Below are positions 18,295-25,618 of a stretch of 32,000 nucleotides of DNA, in pieces. The DNA lies in assembly GCF_037902255.1 (NCBI RefSeq), contig NZ_CP147990.1, positions 1,710,001 through 1,742,000 of the forward strand, read 5' to 3'. The translations under genes were made by a program, and so were the position numbers. The notes under the pieces are model-generated. The model saw only the letters and a program-made list of their open reading frames with translations, did no database searches and was not told the DNA's origin. This DNA is from Candidatus Electrothrix sp. GW3-4 (GTDB taxonomy: Bacteria > Desulfobacterota > Desulfobulbia > Desulfobulbales > Desulfobulbaceae). Within the stretch, counting starts at the first letter, position 1; every line of letters starts with the position of its first letter.

Positions 18295-18328
18295 GGGTTA
18301 CGTCTTGTTGAGGCGTGGCCCTTTTTTT
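18295..18328 (+). terminator. rho-independent terminator after the tRNA
   Basis: GGGTTACG (18295-18302) pairs with CGTGGCCC (18314-18321), including two G-U pairs, followed by T7. Confidence 0.7.
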
Positions 18329-18488
18329 ATTGCCTTTTGGGGACAGGTGCTGGTCTGGTTTTCATGCGTTTTTTATGCAAAAAAAGCGATAAGAAATTTT
18401 GTCGGAGAAAGTATACCAGCTAGAAAAACCCGCGCAATCACAAAACGACAGATAAGGGCGCTGATTTTTGAAAAAATGCCTCATTTGT

Positions 18489-20347
18489 GGCATGCTTCAT
18501 ATCCACCCAAAAGTAGTTGACACTTTTTTTTAATACAATGCGGCGAAGACGCACCAATACATATCACCGCTGTCACTTTCTCAGAGTTGATTAACGGCTT
18601 CTTAACTGAAGATCAGGAACCGTTGATGTATAATTTCAGGCCGCTGCCGAGAAAAATAGAGGGTCTTTTTCCTCAATCAGGTCAAATAGCAGCTCAGTCC
18701 AGTCTTTTTCCTGCTTTTTACCCGTCAAAATCTCCATCGGTGTTTTCTTGACTCGTTTTCCCGCACGGTATCGCCTGTTATTATGATAAAATGCGATCAG
18801 ATTCAAGGTGTTCTGGTTCACCTGTCCCCGTGAGGTATTCAGATACGGACGAATGACGGAGTTGATACATTCGACCATGGCCGAACTCTGTACAATTGTG
18901 TCCAACTCGTTGTATACACGATCTTTGATAATTTCAAAATCTTCCTGAAGATACCCTACGGCGAATTCAAGATGCCTCTGTTCTCTGTCCGCGCATCTCT
19001 TACGGCGATCCGCCTTTTTTGCTTTGATCACTGCTTTATGATGCTGCCATGCCGAACAGAGCGACGACAGCGCGTTATGATTGATCGGCAATTTTTCGAG
19101 TTCTTCCCTGACCTCGAGGGCTACAACGAAATAATTCAGAAGATTCGGCAGGATATTTTTTATTCCGTCGATTGCTTTGTTGATTTTTTCATTGCCGAGA
19201 GTTTCAATCATCTCAAGAGCTGCCTGAATGTTGCCTTCCGCCTGCTGACGATTCCGCAGTTGGCCGTCGCAGCAGAACGGGTTCAATTCATTGATAATAC
19301 ATCGGTATAGATAAAAAAAGTTATCATACAGCGCCACGGCCTTCCGCGCTTCGCTGCGTGCTTTTTCATAGAGTTCGGTTCGTTTGCGGATAACCGCCTT
19401 CGTTCGTGCAGAAGCAATTTTTCCTTCGCGGTTATACTCCTCCGTAATAGCTTTATAAGCCGATTTTTCTAGTTGTTCCAACCGACTTCCGAGACGATAT
19501 GCAACAGCGTGAAAAGTGTCTGGCTGCCTCATGATGACACCTGAAAAAAGTTCATCGTGAGCCGCGCACAGCCCGGATCCTTCATCGGTGACGAGATAAA
19601 TCGCCTCAATTCCATTATTTTCAAGGCAGATCCAATGCTTTTTCCATTCTTCAGCACGTCGTTTTTCGGCGAGTTCTATCTTTAAAATCGCGGAGCTGAT
19701 CGGATCGACAGTGATTAGAATAGGTACACCGCCGGAAAAGATTTCATCGCTCAGAAAGACAACCCGCAAATCATTGTCTTCAAGCCTCAGCTCAGGGGGA
19801 ACAAGCGAGCCTATATGATTTAAATATGTGCTAACAGTACCTTGAGATGAGAAGCGTAGGCCGATGCGGTTCATTATCGCCACAATAGATCCGATACCGC
19901 ATTTCCCCTCAAGTCGTAATGAAGCTATCATTTCAACAGCTTCTCTTTTGTTTTCAGTATCGGCAGGTTGAACGGGCGGTCCGAGCGCAAGTTCAACAAT
20001 TTCCTCGAAAACCGCCAAGGTGTCATAGATAAACGTCCTGGAAACATTGTAATATTTCGATAATGCGGTTACCGTGCCCCATAGACCGAAAATTTTAGCG
20101 CAATACGCTTCATAAACGATTTGTAGTCGATCGAAAGTTGCTAACTCAGGGCGACGAAGAAATTTATTTCCGAAAATATTGCTCGCGTTATCGGGGACGG
20201 GCACTTGAGGTACGAGAGAAAACATAAGGCGATGTTGGTTCAATTTGGCTGAGGATTATTTGCCATTATAATAGCTGAACCAAGCAGCTTGTCGCAACTT
20301 TATGAATAACTTTCTGTACAAGTGTCAACCCGGATATGAAGGATGCC
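18489..20347 (-). mobile_element. complete insertion sequence (1859 bp), family unassigned
   Basis: The terminal inverted repeats are GGCATGCTTCATATCC...GTTGACACTT (18489-18525, with a 7-8 nt internal insertion) and the reverse complement of 20319-20347 (GGCATCCTTCATATCCGGGTTGACACTTG). The 8-bp direct repeat TCATTTGT flanks them at 18481-18488 and 20348-20355. There is a single transposase ORF, and the element is more AT-rich than its flanks. GG ends, an 8-bp duplication and the size are ISL3-like, but I cannot assign the protein to a family. Confidence 0.85.
18636..20243 (-). CDS. IS transposase (DDE-type, inferred)
   Basis: This 535-aa ORF fills the IS. It has an N-terminal HTH-like region and candidate acidic catalytic contexts FLSDEIF, LVTDEGSG and MVECINSVIRP. 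The TTG at 20243 or the ATG at 20225 could be the start. Confidence 0.75.
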   Translation of the reverse strand: MNQHRLMFSLVPQVPVPDNASNIFGNKFLRRPELATFDRLQIVYEAYCAKIFGLWGTVTALSKYYNVSRTFIYDTLAVFEEIVELALGPPVQPADTENKREAVEMIASLRLEGKCGIGSIVAIMNRIGLRFSSQGTVSTYLNHIGSLVPPELRLEDNDLRVVFLSDEIFSGGVPILITVDPISSAILKIELAEKRRAEEWKKHWICLENNGIEAIYLVTDEGSGLCAAHDELFSGVIMRQPDTFHAVAYRLGSRLEQLEKSAYKAITEEYNREGKIASARTKAVIRKRTELYEKARSEARKAVALYDNFFYLYRCIINELNPFCCDGQLRNRQQAEGNIQAALEMIETLGNEKINKAIDGIKNILPNLLNYFVVALEVREELEKLPINHNALSSLCSAWQHHKAVIKAKKADRRKRCADREQRHLEFAVGYLQEDFEIIKDRVYNELDTIVQSSAMVECINSVIRPYLNTSRGQVNQNTLNLIAFYHNNRRYRAGKRVKKTPMEILTGKKQEKDWTELLFDLIEEKDPLFFSAAA

Positions 20348-20426
20348 TCATTTGTCAGGGATTTTTTTTTTGCCGCCTGTCTGTTTCATTTTTAACTGAG
20401 AGTAATATTAAAGGAAAAACAGTCTT

Positions 20427-21047
20427 ATGCGAAAAACGATATCACTCCTCCTTATCCTTTCCGGTTGTATCGAAGTGGTCACGAGCATTTTTTTGTACAT
20501 GGCCCCCATGGGTCGTATTGCCTACTGGCATGATTATCAATTATTAGGGATGGACAGGGCCCAATGGCGTGATATCCATATCACGGTGGGGACCCTGTTT
20601 CTTCTGGTTGCATTCATTCATATCTATCTGAACTGGCGTCCCATGCTTGCGTACCTGAAAAATAAGTCCAAGCAGCTGACGGTCTTTAATATCCATTTCA
20701 ATGTAGCCCTGCTTATTTCCCTCTACTTTATGGTCGGTACCCTCTATTCCCTCCCGCCAATGGGACAGATTATTCAATTCGGCAAGTACTTGACTGTGCA
20801 GGCCAATAAGAGGTACAGCGAGCCTCCTTTCCATCATGCAGAACGGGCGAGCTTGCAGGAGTTCTGCACAGAAATGGAGATCAGCCAAGAGCCAGTTGTT
20901 GCCCTGCTCAAGGGGGCTGGTCTTGTCGTAGATGGCGTTGATAAGACAATAGGAGAAGTCGCGAAAAAGAATAGCTGTTCACCGCAACAGCTCTACGAGC
21001 TTATCAAACCTATTATTCCGACGGGGAAAAAAGGTGGGCATGATTGA
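20427..21047 (+). CDS. small membrane protein, tentatively DUF4405-like
   Basis: Hydrophobic helices carry conserved-looking His residues (WRDIHITVGTLFLLVAFIHIYLNW). The N-terminus LLILSGC also fits a lipobox. The SD is weak. The stop codon abuts the decayed terminal CRISPR repeat. Confidence 0.5.
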   Translation: MRKTISLLLILSGCIEVVTSIFLYMAPMGRIAYWHDYQLLGMDRAQWRDIHITVGTLFLLVAFIHIYLNWRPMLAYLKNKSKQLTVFNIHFNVALLISLYFMVGTLYSLPPMGQIIQFGKYLTVQANKRYSEPPFHHAERASLQEFCTEMEISQEPVVALLKGAGLVVDGVDKTIGEVAKKNSCSPQQLYELIKPIIPTGKKGGHD

Positions 21048-22985
21048 ATAGATGTCACCCCCGCATGGGGGGCGACAAAAATGATTTTTGACGTATCAGA
21101 TAATAACCTTGTTTCAATCCACGCCCCCGCATGGGGGGCGACTCAGCTACATACTGAGCATAGGCAACTTCTATAGGTTTCAATCCACGCCCCCGCATGG
21201 GGGGCGACAGGGCAGTACCTGAAAAATCCAGCCGCTTACGGTGTTTCAATCCACGCCCCCGCATGGGGGGCGACGCCGGACTTACACCGGTCACTCTCTT
21301 CTTGCCCGGTTTCAATCCACGCCCCCGCATGGGGGGCGACTAAGTTTAACCATCTTGAGAATTCTTCTCTTTTGTTTCAATCCACGCCCCCGCATGGGGG
21401 GCGACCCACGCCTTAACCTCTTGCGTTATATTATCGTTTGTTTCAATCCACGCCCCCGCATGGGGGCGACAAGGTCCAAGAGATCACCCTCAAGCAGGCC
21501 CAGGTTTCAATCCACGCCCCCGCATGGGGGGCGACCAACCAAGCCATCAAAAACATGTAGTGATTGCATGTTTCAATCCACGCCCCCGCATGGGGGGCGA
21601 CGCGTATTCGGCTGCGGAAGCAGGTTTCCACAACCGGTTTCAATCCACGCCCCCGCATGGGGGGCGACGAGCGGTAAACCACGTCTCAGCACTCATCAAT
21701 TGTTTCAATCCACGCCCCCGCATGGGGGGCGACTGGCGGGGCGTTTAGGTTGGTCGCCGCCGAAGCTGAGTTTCAATCCACGCCCCCGCATGGGGGCGAC
21801 GCCTCCCCTGACAACGTGGTACACCGAATGATCTTGTTTCAATCCACGCCCCCGCATGGGGGCGACGAGAATGTTCCTCACCCTCACAAAATTCATATTT
21901 TTGTTTCAATCCACGCCCCCGCATGGGGGGCGACCAATAATATCACCCTCTCCAAGAGAGATTAGGCGTGTTTCAATCCACGCCCCCGCATGGGGGGCGA
22001 CGCACTGATTAAGGGTATCAGGTTAGCGGGCACAGTTTCAATCCACGCCCCCGCATGGGGGGCGACCTGTTTCCTTTGCTACCAACCGCCACTTTCGGCG
22101 TTTCAATCCACGCCCCCGCATGGGGGGCGACGCAGATACTCTTTTTCCGTGCCTGTGTATTGCTCTGTTTCAATCCACGCCCCCGCATGGGGGCGACCTT
22201 TGTGTTTTTGGGCTTTCTTCATAGCCTGCCCGTTTCAATCCACGCCCCCGCATGGGGGGCGACAAGTCCAAGACATTTCATAATGTCTTTGATGTTTGGT
22301 TTCAATCCACGCCCCCGCATGGGGGGCGACAGGTACCGATATTGGTGGTGGTTGGTCTAAATATGTTTCAATCCACGCCCCCGCATGGGGGGCGACATTC
22401 ACTTCTAGTTTATTCTCTGGATTTGGAATGTTTCAATCCACGCCCCCGCATGGGGGGCGACACGGTTTAAGTCAAGATCGGTTTCGAGTATGGACGTTTC
22501 AATCCACGCCCCCGCATGGGGGGCGACGGGAAAATATTGTTTACCAGGATGTAAACGGAAGGTTTCAATCCACGCCCCCGCATGGGGGGCGACGGGCTGC
22601 CCAAGATGGTCGGGGCGTAAAATTATCTGTTTCAATCCACGCCCCCGCATGGGGGGCGACGTAGAACCAAATGTACTGAGGATAAGATTGCATGTTTCAA
22701 TCCACGCCCCCGCATGGGGGCGACGGACTGCCCCGGCCAGTCATCACGCTGGCACCTGTTTCAATCCACGCCCCCGCATGGGGGGCGACAGACGGCCTGA
22801 CGGTTGATACACTCGTTTTGCCGGGTTTCAATCCACGCCCCCGCATGGGGGCGACCTCTGCCCCAGAAAAAGTTGTTGAGGGGGAGGGTTTCAATCCACG
22901 CCCCCGCATGGGGGGCGACATACCTACTGCCAGACTCTGATACCTTGCCGCCAGTTTCAATCCACGCCCCCGCATGGGGGGCGAC
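21047..22985 (-). CRISPR. type I-C CRISPR array: 29 intact repeats, 1 decayed terminal repeat, 29 unique spacers (32-36 nt)
   Basis: The plus-strand repeat is GTTTCAATCCACGCCCCCGCATGGGGGGCGAC (32 nt). Its reverse complement GTCGCCCCCCATGCGGGGGCGTGGATTGAAAC ends in ATTGAAAC, as in I-C repeats, so transcription runs on the minus strand from the cas2-proximal leader. The first repeat is at 22954-22985. The trailer repeat at 21047-21076 keeps only CCCCCGCATGGGGGGCGAC. Confidence 0.97.
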
Positions 22986-23369
22986 TGTCAAGCTGTAACA
23001 TACTGTTACCGCTTGACGAATTACTGCATTTGCGCGAACCGCATTTTTCGGACGCGGTCGCAAAGAACAAAAAGCGTTCTTTTTAATAAAAACCTCCTGA
23101 TTTCAATATGTGCGAACCTCCCGTGTTTTTCTGTCTGTTAGAGGTTCGCGCAAGCGTTTTCGGGGAATTCCGTTGATTCGATCCACCTGTCATACTACTT
23201 TCTTCCGATGTCGTCAATCGGACAAGATCGGACAAACACAGGCAACTCTGTCGAGGGAGTGTCGGGAGAGCTGAAAGCCGCATTTCCGCACCCGGAGTTG
23301 AAACACCGGGCTATTAGCGGCAGTCCCTCCGGGACACTGTTTCCCGGAAGCCCCGCCCCGGAGGGGCGA
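22986..23369 (-). promoter_or_regulatory. CRISPR leader region (between the cas2 terminator and repeat 1)
   Basis: This call rests on its position between cas2 and the first repeat. It has an AT-rich core (23060-23100) and several inverted repeats. I could not define a promoter confidently. Confidence 0.6.
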
Positions 23370-23399
23370 TTGAAAATAGCCCACCGTTTTAACGGTGGG
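23370..23399 (-). terminator. candidate intrinsic terminator of the cas operon
   Basis: On the minus strand, CCCACCG-TTAAAA-CGGTGGG (23380-23399) is followed by CTATTTTCAAT. It begins 8 nt after the cas2 stop. Confidence 0.55.
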
Positions 23400-23406
23400 G
23401 AGCAGT

Positions 23407-23697
23407 TCAGACTATCAGCGTACCCTCCTGGTCAATGGCTTCCTTGGCCCCGATATGTTCGACCCGGTGTTTCCAGTTGGAGCCGAGGAAATAGAAACGG
23501 AGGCTGTCCACTTCTTTATCTATTTCTTTGATAAGCCGCTCCCGCATGACCACCCATTTATCCGGTGGCACAATGCACTCAAACACCGAATATTGCACCC
23601 GCTGACCATAATCGCGACAGACCTTGGCCACCCGGCGCAGGCGTTTGGGTCCGGTTTTATCGCTTGTTTTTACGTCGTAACTCACCAGGACAAACAT
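23407..23697 (-). CDS. cas2: CRISPR-associated endoribonuclease Cas2
   Basis: MFVLVSYDVKTSDKTGPKRLRRVAKVCRDYGQRVQYSVFEC is the canonical Cas2 N-terminus. The protein is 96 aa, and GGAGGGAGAT precedes the ATG. Confidence 0.95.
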   Translation of the reverse strand: MFVLVSYDVKTSDKTGPKRLRRVAKVCRDYGQRVQYSVFECIVPPDKWVVMRERLIKEIDKEVDSLRFYFLGSNWKHRVEHIGAKEAIDQEGTLIV

Positions 23698-23728
23698 ATC
23701 TCCCTCCTTGTACTTTCATGCTATGTTG

Positions 23729-23750
23729 TCCCTCCCCAGAGGGGGAGGGA
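23729..23750. other. perfect 9-bp GC hairpin in the cas1-cas2 gap
   Basis: TCCCTCCCC-AGAG-GGGGAGGGA. On the plus strand it is followed by TGG GCGTT ATTTGAAAG (23751-23767). Confidence 0.8.
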
Positions 23751-23846
23751 TGGGCGTTATTTGAAAGTGGTCGGCAAAGACCAGCCAGGCTTCACCCCCT
23801 TCATGCTTTGTTGTTTCGCCCCGCCAGGAGAGAGGGGGTAAAAAAG

Positions 23847-24875
23847 TTAATGCCAGATCACTGGTGGATAGCCGTCCAGATCCCCCCGAAGAAAACGGGC
23901 CAGCAACAGGGCCTGGGTATGAAAAAATAGGCCAAGGGGCATCTTCTCTTCCAAAAAGGGATGCTGAAGCACATCCTGCTTTCGCTCCTGATAGGTGGTC
24001 AGCAGGGTCTTGCGGGCCTTGTCTTTCATTCGCACCCCGCCGCTTGCGCTGACAACAAAATCCTTGGCCTGCAACTGGCCCCGGTTGATTAGAGATAGGG
24101 CTATACGATCGGCCATAGGGCGGAATTCCTCCATCATATCCAGGGCCAGTCCGGATCGTCCTGGTCGGTCCCGATGAAGAAAGCCCACTGCCGGATCAAG
24201 GCCGGTGCATTCCAGGGCGGAACGCACATCGTGCATAACCAGGGTATAGAGAAAGGAGAGCAGGCAGTTGACCAGGTCCAGGGGTGGTCTCCTGCTGCGC
24301 TGACGAAAGAAAAAGTCCTCTTTATGATGTATGATGAGATGATCAAAGGCAGAAAAATAGATATGGGCCGCATCTCCTTCTGTGCCGCGCACCTTATCCA
24401 GGGGCAGGTCCCGGCCCAGAGATTTGAGCAGGCCAGTAAGGTGATTCACCGCCTTGTTCATCGCATTGGTGTCTATTTTGTCCGCGTGATCACGCAACGT
24501 CCGGTTCAGGAGATAGCGACAGTTGGCGACCTTACCGTTGATAAAGGCCCTGGCCATCAGCGCCGAAAATGTCGGATCATCGGCCCGACGATACTGCTCC
24601 CGCCGCAGGAGGACATTGCCGGAAACCGGCCCCTGCACCCGTGCCAGAAAGCGCCCGTGTTCGGTCAGAAAACTGATTGTCACATCCCGTTCCGCACAAA
24701 ATCCCAGGAGAAACGGGCTGCATCCCACATTGCCAAAGCAGACAACCCCATTCAGGGTATGGACAGGCAGGCGCAGCCGGACCTTTTTTTCCACCCGGAC
24801 AGCCACGGTCTCGCCTTCCTTGGCCAGATAGGCCCCCTGGGTGGTGACAAAGAGCGTATTGAGATGTTTTTTCAT
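23847..24875 (-). CDS. cas1: CRISPR-associated integrase Cas1 (I-C type)
   Basis: The start is ATG 24875 (MKKHLNTLFVTTQGAYLAKEGETV), which overlaps the cas4 stop in an ATGA junction. The track ORF running to 25151 is an upstream extension. The protein is 343 aa. Confidence 0.95.
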   Translation of the reverse strand: MKKHLNTLFVTTQGAYLAKEGETVAVRVEKKVRLRLPVHTLNGVVCFGNVGCSPFLLGFCAERDVTISFLTEHGRFLARVQGPVSGNVLLRREQYRRADDPTFSALMARAFINGKVANCRYLLNRTLRDHADKIDTNAMNKAVNHLTGLLKSLGRDLPLDKVRGTEGDAAHIYFSAFDHLIIHHKEDFFFRQRSRRPPLDLVNCLLSFLYTLVMHDVRSALECTGLDPAVGFLHRDRPGRSGLALDMMEEFRPMADRIALSLINRGQLQAKDFVVSASGGVRMKDKARKTLLTTYQERKQDVLQHPFLEEKMPLGLFFHTQALLLARFLRGDLDGYPPVIWH

Positions 24876-25504
24876 GATTCTGTCATCCTGGTCAGATAGT
24901 TTCGCACCTGCCCCTTTTTTCCTACAGCAGCCTTGGGCAGGCAGGTATCGATAAAAGAACAACTTTCGCAACGACGATTGTACTGGGGGGGTGGGGTAGT
25001 GGTGCCGGAGAGGAGTTCGTGCAGACGGGCAGTAGTCTCCTCCGTGACCTTGCGCAGGCGATCGTTGATCTGTACCGCTGTCCGTCGTTTTTTCTGGCCG
25101 TAATAGAGCGCACCTTCCGGGATCGTGCAGTCCAGCATCTCTTCCAGACACAGGGCCTGGGCGCAGAGCTGGACCTGGTCTGTATCATCCTTTTTCGGGC
25201 GGCCCCGTTTATACTCCACTGGAAAGGGCTGCCAAAAGCCGTCTTCCTGCGGATGCATCTCTACGATATCCGCCCTGCCGGAGAGCCCCAGGCGCAGGGA
25301 GCGGATGGGCATATCGTACTCCACCCGGACCGTGCTGCGGGAATCACTGGCTGCGCTATGGACCCGCTCGTGCAGGACCCGGCCTTCAGCAGTGAAGCGG
25401 TTTTCTGTCCATGCCTGCTCCAGATGAATCAGGGCGCATTGGCGCGGACAGAAGAGGAGATGCTGGAGCGCGGAGAGCATGAGGAGGTCGTCTTCGGAAT
25501 ACAT
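24872..25504 (-). CDS. cas4: CRISPR-associated exonuclease Cas4 (RecB-like, Fe-S cluster)
   Basis: GGAGGA sits 7 nt before ATG 25504 (MYSEDDLLMLSALQHLLFCPRQCAL). There is an N-terminal Cys and a C-terminal CESCSFIDTC cluster. Confidence 0.9.
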   Translation of the reverse strand: MYSEDDLLMLSALQHLLFCPRQCALIHLEQAWTENRFTAEGRVLHERVHSAASDSRSTVRVEYDMPIRSLRLGLSGRADIVEMHPQEDGFWQPFPVEYKRGRPKKDDTDQVQLCAQALCLEEMLDCTIPEGALYYGQKKRRTAVQINDRLRKVTEETTARLHELLSGTTTPPPQYNRRCESCSFIDTCLPKAAVGKKGQVRNYLTRMTES

Positions 25505-25618
25505 GGTGTTTCCTCCGGGGCGTTGGTGCCCAAACATGGTCAGGCGTATTGGTCTGATATCGCGCAGCCGGGTGCGCAGGGCTGCGCTGAGGGTAGGGGG
25601 CTTCTTTCGATAAATTGC

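Noticed and set aside
21029-21049. GGTGGGCATGATTGAATAG on the plus strand at the trailer end resembles the repeat 3' part (GGGGGCGTGGATTGAAAC) in inverted orientation.
   Set aside because: It lies inside the coding 3' end of the 20427-21047 ORF (…KKGGHD*). ATTGAA-type hexamers occur elsewhere in the window, and there is no adjacent hairpin.
21055-23063. Many 60-200 aa ORFs on both strands with reiterated [20 protein letters not shown] or PPMRGRGLK peptides.
   Set aside because: They are translations of the CRISPR repeat in different frames and are not genes.
23083-23531. ORFs in the leader and cas2-flank region (23083-23283 on minus, 66 aa; 23208-23531 on plus, 107 aa).
   Set aside because: Neither has a convincing SD. 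The plus ORF mostly runs antisense through cas2. The composition looks non-coding. I also looked for a CreT-like mini-gene (strong SD, start codon, then rare Arg codons). I found only AGGAGG (23092-23097, minus strand) with no usable start codon behind it.
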